A program made the translations under genes and the position numbers. A DNA stretch of 64,000 bases, taken from contig CAZUFC010000006.1 in NCBI GenBank assembly GCA_964619725.1, forward strand, positions 1 to 64,000. Direction: 5' to 3'. Under the pieces are notes generated by a model. The model saw nothing but the letters and a program-made list of their open reading frames with translations, had not been told where the DNA came from and did not search any database. Within the stretch, counting starts at the first letter, position 1. Every line of letters begins with the position of its first letter. Below are positions 50,601 through 57,878 of the stretch, one piece after another. Source of the stretch: an uncultured bacterium (lineage in GTDB: Bacteria; CSSED10-310; CAZUFC01).

Positions 50601-51004
50601 TTGTGGATGATATTAAAGAGCAACGCGAAATTGCAGAACATATATTGAAAAAACTTGGCTACAAGGTCTTCACGGCAAAGTGCGGAGAAGATGCTGTCGA
50701 ATACATGCGAGAAAATAGTGCGGAGTTGCTTCTTCTTGATATGATCATGGACCCGGGCATGGACGGACTGGCGACATACAGGGAAATACTGAAATTGCAC
50801 CCCGGTCAGAAAGCCGTAATAGCCAGCGGTTTCAGCGAAACAACGAAGGTAAGGGAGGCGCAGAAGGCGGGTGCCGGACCATATTTGAGAAAACCCTACA
50901 GTTTGAGAAAACTGGGCATAGCCATAAAAAAAGAGTTGGAAAGAAGAGAAAAAAACCCGCCGCCTGACGTAAAGCGACGGGTCCGTTTGGATGCAGTGAA
51001 TTGA
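47666..51004 (+). CDS. Cytoplasmic hybrid sensor histidine kinase (multiple PAS, GAF, HisKA, HATPase, receiver)
   Basis: Repeated DIT/DIR/DIS PAS ends; QKMEAIGTLAGGVAHDLNN; NLVTNA, D.G.G, FEPFFT, GTGLG; VLVVDD, LLDMIM, KPY. Confidence 0.93.
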   Translation: MSAGKSIDPEQKERAAEDNAGDSSEENIEALLEEFFEQEKDNVPEKRRRIIEAFRRSEARYRNLFDNAQVGLFRTRLSDGKALECNQLMAEMLGYENIEECKEHIVASEMYADPGRRDEMLRELERKGRVRNFEVKGRHKDGSTFWMSFSAAMFKESGYLEGAVIDITDKKAAVESLRESEQNYRMLTEGLHDIVFVISSTGIVEYCSPAVREFGGYDPEEEVGKHVGKYFAKKPELLKALMLMKKVIVNKKSAQMEVMYRPKRGDPFYVEVTGKPLIRSNGRANVLCLMRDIRERKRNENLLKIQRDIGNILSSQCNLEEALSQILKAVCRLDGVECGGVYRIDKRTGEIRLVSHLNLSRNFVERVTCFDPDSSQARSARKGKPLYFNRTGKYASVSRNVSREGVLSYVLLPVKKGKETIAVLNLGSRTYHEIPESSRNALEIIAAQAGGIIARVEAEDALLESERKYRNLFESSRDAIMMLDREQIFDCNQATLDLYRYATKSDFLKKSFSDLTDSSQMKCENFRFELEKHIDSAYETGGDFFEWVHKRADGTEFNSEISMTRFELDGRDVLQVMVRDITDRKLVEQELNKFKTITDRANYGAAIMSLGGNFLYVNGCFASMHRYDADDLINKPGSILYDDLPRKRFARLMEKVRIQGGVAAEELEHKRSDGTRFTGLNNIYLIKDEENLPLYISATTIDISDKKRLQARLQRAQKMEAIGTLAGGVAHDLNNILSGLVSYPELILMDLPEESNLRQPIATIKKAGDKAAAVVQDLLTLARRNVAVTEIVNLNDIVTEYFHTPEFQKLKNTYPEIDFKLDLKEDLMNITGSPVHLSKTLMNLVTNAVEAIEGEGAVKISTDNGYVDRNLRGYDNIKEGDYAVLTVEDDGMGISDEDRDKIFEPFFTKKIMGRSGTGLGMSVVWASVKDHNGFIDLHTSVNRGTVFKLYFPTTRKEAKTESEASSIEACMGSGETVLVVDDIKEQREIAEHILKKLGYKVFTAKCGEDAVEYMRENSAELLLLDMIMDPGMDGLATYREILKLHPGQKAVIASGFSETTKVREAQKAGAGPYLRKPYSLRKLGIAIKKELERREKNPPPDVKRRVRLDAVN

Positions 51005-51024
51005 TCGTTTGTGTTGTAACTTTT

Positions 51025-51177
51025 GGCATTGATCAAAAATGGGTCTTTTGAGGTTACAATTATTCCGAATTTCCCCCTTTAGTTTCGATTCCGATTGCGA
51101 TACCGACCCCGACCCCGATTACTGAAACAAACTGTCAAAAGTTTTGAAAAAAATGTAACCCCGGTTTGATCAGTCCC
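51025..51177 (-). mobile_element. MITE-like dispersed element
   Basis: GGCATTGATCAA..GAGGTTACA...TGTAACCCCGGTTTGATCAGTCCC; reverse complement of the 33697 copy. Confidence 0.7.
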
Positions 51178-51231
51178 TGACTTTTCTTTCTCTTCTTCTT
51201 CCTTTGATCCTAAGTGGAGCGAACTACAGAT

Positions 51232-52392
51232 TTACTTCCTCCGCCTTTTTTTTCTGATCATAAGAAGCGGAAAACCGGCCAAAAGAAGGAAAATTCCGAT
51301 GAAAGAGAGTGCCGGTGTTTGGATTTCGTCTGTAGCGTAGGCCATAACCGAGTCTGGGGGGTACCAGTCAGGAGCGTAATAAGCCAGGTAAAGGATGTCG
51401 CCGTTTTGCGCATGGGGTTCATATGGCCTGTCGCCGTATTTAAAACAAAGGCTTGATACTCCTTCGGCGGCCGGATATAGATCGTCGAACAGCACATGAT
51501 CGCCGGTATTTTTATCGACCTGGTAAACGGCGGCGACGCGTGGAGTGACGAACCAGTCGACGGAAGAGACGAACAAATCTCCTTCGATGTCCTGCGTAAT
51601 GTCATAGCCTCCGCCCAGCGCTGAGGTCAGGGTGGTGATTTCTCCCGGATCGTCGATACAATCGCGGTCATCGTTGACGTCTTCCAATCTGTAGACGTAT
51701 CCGCCGGAATCATTGGCGTAAATCACGTTCGGGTCCGCATTGTCGACGACCACCCCGCCCATACAGGCGTAAAGCGATTCCAAATCCATGGCATATGCCT
51801 GCAGCTCACCGGTATCCTTGCAATCATGGTCATCGTTTAAATCTTCCAGCACATAGATGTTGGCGCCGCCGGCACAGGTTGAGTTCGTTGCAAATATCTT
51901 AACATGAGCCGATTCCGGGCATAAACAGATATCCTGTATATTATCCATGGCATCAATCGCAATGAATTCAATCCATTCCCCGACATCATCGAAATCATCG
52001 TCCTCATTTATATCCTCCAGCCGAACGATGTACCCTTCGCCGTCCGGAAAGGATTCTTCCAGCGGATTGTTGTCCGCTATGTAAAATACGGGAATCATCC
52101 CAGAGTCATCGATTGCTATTGAACTAATGCTGCCGAATCCGTCTGCTACCAATTCAGCCGTTCCGGAAAATTCATCCATTCGATAAACCGCATCGGACAT
52201 GCCGTAACCGGGGTCCATTACCCCGTCTGAATCATGCGAAAAATACAATACGCCAAATGAATTCGTCGCCAAAGCTCCGTTTTCCGCGACATCGGTTGAA
52301 TATTCGGTCCTTACGTAACCAGTCGGCGGCTCCGCCAGAGCCGATCCGGTCATTATTAAAAAAACGGCCAGCGCCGCTGTCATCATTTTCAT
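51232..52392 (-). CDS. Secreted acidic, probable beta-propeller protein with IPTL-CTERM-like tail
   Basis: Signal peptide; three LEDxNxDxDxxDxGE repeats; ends TPALS + hydrophobic helix + RKKRRRK; AGGAGGAG RBS. Confidence 0.75.
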   Translation of the reverse strand: MKMMTAALAVFLIMTGSALAEPPTGYVRTEYSTDVAENGALATNSFGVLYFSHDSDGVMDPGYGMSDAVYRMDEFSGTAELVADGFGSISSIAIDDSGMIPVFYIADNNPLEESFPDGEGYIVRLEDINEDDDFDDVGEWIEFIAIDAMDNIQDICLCPESAHVKIFATNSTCAGGANIYVLEDLNDDHDCKDTGELQAYAMDLESLYACMGGVVVDNADPNVIYANDSGGYVYRLEDVNDDRDCIDDPGEITTLTSALGGGYDITQDIEGDLFVSSVDWFVTPRVAAVYQVDKNTGDHVLFDDLYPAAEGVSSLCFKYGDRPYEPHAQNGDILYLAYYAPDWYPPDSVMAYATDEIQTPALSFIGIFLLLAGFPLLMIRKKRRRK

Positions 52393-52561
52393 CGTTACTC
52401 CTCCTTCTTCTGGTTAGTTTTTGTCCATAAACAGCGAATTTCCCCCAATGCTCCGTTAGGCTGCGGATTTGCTCAGTCAACGTACAATAAATACGACTCC
52501 TTTGCAAATGCTTGCCTTCCTTGCCTTAAGGAAAATTCGTTCGTTTATGGATCAAAAACCG

Positions 52562-52618
52562 CAGTGACTGTCCTGCATTAAATTTTGAATCGAGATTCGA
52601 GTTTGCGGACAGTCACTG
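52562..52618. repeat. ~55-bp palindromic dispersed repeat, copy 3
   Basis: CAGTGACTGTCC...GGACAGTCACTG, perfect 12-bp arms around the same GCATTAAATTTTGAATCGAGATTCGAGTTT core. Confidence 0.85.
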
Positions 52619-52861
52619 GTTAACATTAGAAACATGAAATGCAATTCCCAGGATTGCCTGGTTTTATCCTTTCCCCGTTCATCACCTCCCCTGGGCTCGC
52701 TTTTCCGGCTTCCTGTGCACATAAGGACTCTCCGGCTGCAAAACAGGTTTTGCGTGCGAGCTGTAAAAATGTCGGGGCTGTTAATAAAATGAATAAGAGT
52801 CGAAATGGATGATCGACAAAACACAGCTTTCTCACCTCGCCCCTCGAAGGGTCAAAAGTCA

Positions 52862-53029
52862 GCAATCGGTTGGGTTTCCTGGCTTCCGGATCATCCTACT
52901 TCCTGAGCCTTCCCGGCGTGCATCTTGAAGCGCCAGTGGCATAAGACAGGTTTCGTCCCCGGTTACAGTTGCGGGTCAGCGCCGGCTTTTCACCGGCTTC
53001 CCCGATTCCCTGGCGGGACTCCCGACTGC
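52862..53029 (-). ncRNA. Cobalamin (B12) riboswitch
   Basis: Minus strand: GGGAAGCCGGTGAAAAGCCGGCGCTGACCCGCAACTGTAA...GCCACTG...GGGAAGG...AAGCCAGGAAACC (B12 box); P1 GCAGTCGG/CCGATTGC. Confidence 0.93.
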
Positions 53030-53052
53030 AGTAAGGAATCATTGCCGATAAT

Positions 53053-53081
53053 GTTATAATGATGAAAAGACCGTTTGTCAA
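53053..53081 (-). promoter_or_regulatory. Sigma70 promoter for the riboswitch leader
   Basis: TTGACA-17 nt-TATAAC just upstream of the riboswitch. Confidence 0.75.
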
Positions 53082-53262
53082 TCGGCAGATTTCCTGCTTC
53101 TTCCTGCAGGCTTTGTTTTACTTTTTCCGAAATTATGAAAATGATGAATAGATTAAAATTGCAGATTCTTTCTTTTTAAAAACGTCATTAACTTAACGGC
53201 GCCTGTCGACAAAGTCATTTATAGTTTGAGATGCTATGGAGTACAGGCGAGGTTCAGAATAA

Positions 53263-53475
53263 TTACGAGGGAGCGGAGGGAGTAGCTGTTCTTTCAACCG
53301 CAGGAGATGGCGTCCCTTCCGGCGCTGCCTCCTGTTTTCCCATGAGCTTGCCGGTCAATATCACATAAATGAAAGCGATCAGGATAGCTCCGCCCAGCAT
53401 AACGTATTCCCAGGTCTTGATTCGTTCGCTGGGTTTCTTTTTTTTCTTTCCTTTATAAGGTTTAACTCTTGCCAT
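53263..53475 (-). CDS. Small single-pass membrane protein
   Basis: 70 aa: Lys-rich N-terminus, one TM helix, Pro/Thr/Ala tail. Confidence 0.6.
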   Translation of the reverse strand: MARVKPYKGKKKKKPSERIKTWEYVMLGGAILIAFIYVILTGKLMGKQEAAPEGTPSPAVERTATPSAPS

Positions 53476-53691
53476 TGATTAAATCGGGCCCCCTTTCTCA
53501 ATCGTCTGAAAATCAAGAATCAAACGGTATTCTCACCGATTACGTCCGATATGCGATAGTCAAAATAAGTCAACCTTGGAAGCCGGCGGTCAGTCCGGCA
53601 TCAGGACTTCGGTTTCATGATGCCTAAAAAGGAGGGAAGAATGCAAGTGTTTGACCGGTCCCCATTTTTCAGTGATGAAAATTTGCTCATC

Positions 53692-53720
53692 TTGACAATC
53701 GCTGGAGGATTTTTTACCCT
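53692..53720 (+). promoter_or_regulatory. Putative sigma70 promoter of smpB
   Basis: TTGACA-17 nt-TACCCT. Confidence 0.5.
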
Positions 53721-53786
53721 TCTTTGAGGCATTGAACGGCAATAAACATGAGATTTAACGAAAAAAAAACGAAATAAGCAAGAATC

Positions 53787-54257
53787 ATGGGCATCAAAAT
53801 AGTTTCAAAAAATAAAAAAGCTTACGCTGATTTCCAGATTGACGAAAAATATGAGGCGGGTCTGGTGTTACAGGGAACCGAGGTGAAATCGTTGCGTGAG
53901 GGCAGAATCAGTTTAAAAGAGAGTTATGCGGGATTCAATCAGGACGGAGAAGTATATCTGTATCACTGTCATATTCCCGAATACCGTTTCGGCAACAGGG
54001 CGAATCACGAACCGTTAAGACCGAGAAAGTTGCTTTTGAAAAAGGAAGAAATAAGAAGATTGAACGGCAAAGTAAAAGAACGGGGCTACACGCTGATTCC
54101 TCTCAGCATTTACTTCAATGAAAAGGGACTGGTCAAGGCGGAAATCGGATTAGCCAGAGGAAAACGGAAGTATGACAAGCGGGCGGCCATAAAGGAGCGG
54201 GATTTGAAACGGGAAGAGGAGAGGGAATTGAAAGAGATGCGCACTCGCTACAGTTGA
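53787..54257 (+). CDS. smpB: SsrA-binding protein
   Basis: NKKA, EAGLVLQGTEVKSLR, HIPEY, R.RKLLL, GKRKYDKR. Confidence 0.97.
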   Translation: MGIKIVSKNKKAYADFQIDEKYEAGLVLQGTEVKSLREGRISLKESYAGFNQDGEVYLYHCHIPEYRFGNRANHEPLRPRKLLLKKEEIRRLNGKVKERGYTLIPLSIYFNEKGLVKAEIGLARGKRKYDKRAAIKERDLKREEERELKEMRTRYS

Positions 54258-54349
54258 TGAACTGGAAGAGACGATATGAACTGAATACGATCTGAGATCG
54301 TCAATTTGAGGGACAATTGCTGTTAGTTTCAGATGAAAGGATGCGCAGC

Positions 54350-55246
54350 ATGAGAAAAATAAAAATTTTAATGCTGACCGGTTTTATTTTTCTGACAGGA
54401 GAAATTTTCAATCATCAGACTGTCGTCGCAGCGGATTTTTCCATCGGTGTGAAGTACTGGATGTCAGCCTGGGAAATATCCGGAATGCCGCTGTATTTTC
54501 CGGTCAATCTGGAAATATCGTACGGCGGGGAATCTTACAGCATAAGCCCTCATTGGGTGTATGCGGACCAAATGGAAATCGAGGGACCGGGATTGCCGGG
54601 GGTAACGGCCCTGTTCAAACCGGCTGCTGATTGGGCGCTGGCGGTCAGTTTTCTTCAGGGCAATTATGATTTCGACATCGATCAGACGTTTATGGAAGAG
54701 TTTGAAGGCGCTGCCGCGGAAACCCGTATAGAAAAAAGATTCAACGTGGAGCGCCGTGATATTGATATAACCCTGAGTTATATCATGACGCCCAGCGTAT
54801 CCTTTTTCGCGGGTTTAAAATATTTAAGCTATTCGTACGGCCGACAGATCAAGGAGACGTTCACAGAGGGCTCCATCGGTCCCTTTACTCAAAGGTCTCA
54901 GGTCTATCCCGTAGAATTTCCTTCGTATAAAGCCGAATACCGGGGAGGCGGAGCCGGCGCCACTTTTTTCAAGGTACTGGGTAATTCACGGTTCAGTTTC
55001 TTTTCGGCGGTATCAGCTATGCCCTGGTTCATAGTTTCAACGTCCGGCGATGACAGGTTCGACGATTCGCAGGGTTGGGCCGCCACAGGAGAAGCCGGTT
55101 TCGGCTATACGCTGGGTCGCCTGCCGCTGTCGTTGAAATTGTCCTATAAGTACCAGAAATTCGATGGTTTTGAATTGAAAGAAGTGGATGAAACAGAAGA
55201 CAGCGCTTATTCCGGAGCAGTTCTTGCCGCAAGCTGGATGTTTTGA
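54350..55246 (+). CDS. Probable outer-membrane beta-barrel protein
   Basis: Signal peptide, alternating amphipathic strands, C-terminal ..AASWMF BAM-type signal. Confidence 0.7.
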   Translation: MRKIKILMLTGFIFLTGEIFNHQTVVAADFSIGVKYWMSAWEISGMPLYFPVNLEISYGGESYSISPHWVYADQMEIEGPGLPGVTALFKPAADWALAVSFLQGNYDFDIDQTFMEEFEGAAAETRIEKRFNVERRDIDITLSYIMTPSVSFFAGLKYLSYSYGRQIKETFTEGSIGPFTQRSQVYPVEFPSYKAEYRGGGAGATFFKVLGNSRFSFFSAVSAMPWFIVSTSGDDRFDDSQGWAATGEAGFGYTLGRLPLSLKLSYKYQKFDGFELKEVDETEDSAYSGAVLAASWMF

Positions 55247-55353
55247 GGACTTCCGTAGAGAAGACATTAAGGGAACATTCGTTTTCGTCGTCAGGAAAGG
55301 GTTTTTGCGCAACAGGCGAACATGGAAAAATAAAGGATACATTGCAGTCAAAG

Positions 55354-56736
55354 ATGAAAAAGAAATATTCGATTTTTACAGTTTGGGCATTGATAAGCTT
55401 TTCCTGTTATTGGCCGGTTTTATGTCAGTCAGAGGATAAAGAACGACTCGAGCCTGTTTTCTCGACAACTGACGATTCCGGTGCAGGCATGGAAAAAGAA
55501 ATGAATCTTGAAGAAGTTATTGAGACAGCGTTGGCCAATAATCCGGAAATCGCTGCGAAGGAATGGGATGTAAAGGCTTCTCAGGCAAAGGCGGAACAGG
55601 TATACGGAAAGCGGTTTCCCCGTATAGGTATGGTCGGCGGATATTCTCATTCGCTTAAGCCGCAACGTCTTTTCGGGTCCGTGATGTCGGGCGATTCTGC
55701 GATTTTCAGCCGCGATATTGTCACAAGTGACCTGACATTTTCCCTGCCGCTGTTCACTGCGGGTCGATTGACGGACGAGCTAAAAGCGGCTCAACTGCTT
55801 AAGGATGCATCCGCATATAGATTGGCTCGGAACAGGAGGGAACTGGAATTCAATATAACCAGCGTATTTTTCGGAATTCTCGTGCAGAAGCGCGTTATAA
55901 GATCGCTTGAGTTTTCCTACCAGGCGCTGGAGGAGCATCTGAACCGGATTGATGAACTGGTAAAAGCGGAAAAGGCTGCTCGAGTGGATCGGATGCGGGT
56001 GGAGGTGCGTCTTGCGAATATCCGGCAGGAAAAGGTTCGGGCTGAAAATTTAATGGTTGTTCAATGTCGTGTTCTGGCAAGTCTGGCAGGGTTGGAAAAC
56101 CCTTCGGAAAATATATATCCACGAGGCAATCTGGAGGAAGCAACGATCAGTCCGTTGCCTGATTTGGAGGATGCGCTCTCAACAGCGAGGAATAATCGAA
56201 AAGATTATCTCGCGGCGAAGGCAGAAAAGGCGGCACAGGTATCGAATCTGGAAGCGGCAGCGTCAGAACGTTATCCTATGTTTTCTGTTAAGGGGACTTA
56301 CGGCGGTCGATGGGCTTTGGGCGCGATAAACGGATCGGGTGACAGGGAAGGGGATGTTGGACAAATTGCCATGGTGATGGAAATACCAATATTTGAAGGC
56401 GGAAGCCTAAGCGGGAGAATCCGTGAAATGCGTTTCCGTGTTGCGGCTGCCGGGGAACGGCTTCGGGCCTTGGATTATGAATTGAGACTGGAAGTGGAAA
56501 CAGCGTTGCTTAATGTGGAGTCACAGCGTGAGCGGGCGAAAGCTATTCATAAGTCCATAGAGCAGGCGAGGGAGAATCTGAGTATCGAGAAACAGAAATA
56601 TGAATTAGGCAGTGGTGCGGTAGTGGATGTGCTGGATGCCCAGGCCGACCTTTTGGAGATAGAAACGACTTATAGCCGGGTGTTGGCTGAGCTTCAAACA
56701 TCACTGGCTCAACTGAGACTGGCGACAGGTGAATGA
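55354..56736 (+). CDS. TolC family outer-membrane efflux protein
   Basis: L.E.I..AL.NNP, PLF.AG, Y.LG...DVLDAQ, L..ATG; first gene of the efflux triad. ATG 55354 preferred. Confidence 0.88.
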   Translation: MKKKYSIFTVWALISFSCYWPVLCQSEDKERLEPVFSTTDDSGAGMEKEMNLEEVIETALANNPEIAAKEWDVKASQAKAEQVYGKRFPRIGMVGGYSHSLKPQRLFGSVMSGDSAIFSRDIVTSDLTFSLPLFTAGRLTDELKAAQLLKDASAYRLARNRRELEFNITSVFFGILVQKRVIRSLEFSYQALEEHLNRIDELVKAEKAARVDRMRVEVRLANIRQEKVRAENLMVVQCRVLASLAGLENPSENIYPRGNLEEATISPLPDLEDALSTARNNRKDYLAAKAEKAAQVSNLEAAASERYPMFSVKGTYGGRWALGAINGSGDREGDVGQIAMVMEIPIFEGGSLSGRIREMRFRVAAAGERLRALDYELRLEVETALLNVESQRERAKAIHKSIEQARENLSIEKQKYELGSGAVVDVLDAQADLLEIETTYSRVLAELQTSLAQLRLATGE

Positions 56737-57878
56737 TGGAATTGCAGACAATGCTGATCAGATGGCTATCGCTAACTATTATAGCGGGAATGTTGACGTC
56801 ATGCGGCGGTCCGCCGGGAAAGCCTGAAGCGAAACGTTCCCAGGAAGAAAAAAAACGTTTCCAGGCAGTGGAAGTGATTACGGCAGCAGTAGCGAGCATA
56901 TCGCAATATCTGGAGCTGACGGGTTCGGTGGAGCCATATAGGACCGCCAGACTGGCATCGCCCGCAGAAGGTCCTGTTTCACATATCTGGGTAAGGGAAG
57001 GGGACCCGGTGAAAGCCGGTGATTCGCTTCTTTCCATTGGTCGAAAGGAAGGCATTGAGGCGCTGATAGCATCACTCCAGAAAGATATTAAAAAGGAGCA
57101 GGAGAATCTGGAAAGAACCAGGCGTTTAGTGCAAAGCGAGGCGCTTCCCGGCGAACGATTGGACGAAGTTCGTTCTGCAGTGGAGAGAATTCGCGCTCAA
57201 TTGGTCAAAGCGAAGGAAACTGCCGGTGATTATTCCATAACAGCGCCTTGGGACGGGATAGTCTCCGATGTGCTGGTAAGGGAAGGCGAATTCACGGCGC
57301 CTCGAACGAATTTAATGGAGTTATATGATCCTTCAAGTTTGGTCATTCGCTGCGGAATACCGGAACAGCATGCCGTTGAGATAAAAGTGGGCATGCGTGT
57401 TGAAGCGCGATTGGATGCCTATCCGCGAGATATTCTGCAAGCCCGCGTGACGCGAGTTTTTCCATATTTAGACCCGCATTTTCGAACCCGGCCCGTTGAA
57501 ATCGTGCCTGACAAGGCAGTCGATCTTCTTCCAGGGATGTTCGCCAGGTTGAAAATATTGATTAAAAAAGAAGAAGACGCACTTGTCTTGCCCTTGGATG
57601 CAGTCATAACGACAGCAGAAGGACCGATGGTGTTTATCGTTGAGGACGGCAGGGCGGTTGTGCGTATGGTAGAAACCGGAATTGAAGATGCCGACAGGAT
57701 TCAGATTCTCACCAATGTGGAACCGGGCGAAAAGGTGATAGTATCCGGCAATGTAAATCTGAAAAACGGCGTTCCTGTGCGGCCTGCAGGAAAAGAATCT
57801 TCAGGTAATAACAAGCAGTCCGAAAGACCGGTTTTGCCCATGAAAAAGCAATCCGGCATGACCGGTGAGAAGAAATGA
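56733..57878 (+). CDS. RND efflux periplasmic adaptor (MFP)
   Basis: Lipobox LTSC; V.EGD.V.AG, I.AP.DG.V, L.PGMF. Confidence 0.9.
   Translation: MMELQTMLIRWLSLTIIAGMLTSCGGPPGKPEAKRSQEEKKRFQAVEVITAAVASISQYLELTGSVEPYRTARLASPAEGPVSHIWVREGDPVKAGDSLLSIGRKEGIEALIASLQKDIKKEQENLERTRRLVQSEALPGERLDEVRSAVERIRAQLVKAKETAGDYSITAPWDGIVSDVLVREGEFTAPRTNLMELYDPSSLVIRCGIPEQHAVEIKVGMRVEARLDAYPRDILQARVTRVFPYLDPHFRTRPVEIVPDKAVDLLPGMFARLKILIKKEEDALVLPLDAVITTAEGPMVFIVEDGRAVVRMVETGIEDADRIQILTNVEPGEKVIVSGNVNLKNGVPVRPAGKESSGNNKQSERPVLPMKKQSGMTGEKK

Noticed and set aside
42241-53670. Similar short motifs CGGGTCCCATTTTT (~42244) and CGGTCCCCATTTTT (~53656)
   Set aside because: Too short and imperfect to support a repeat family from two instances.
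53476-54349. tmRNA gene next to smpB
   Set aside because: No tRNA-Ala-like 5' GGGG or 3' T-arm/CCA ends seen on either side.
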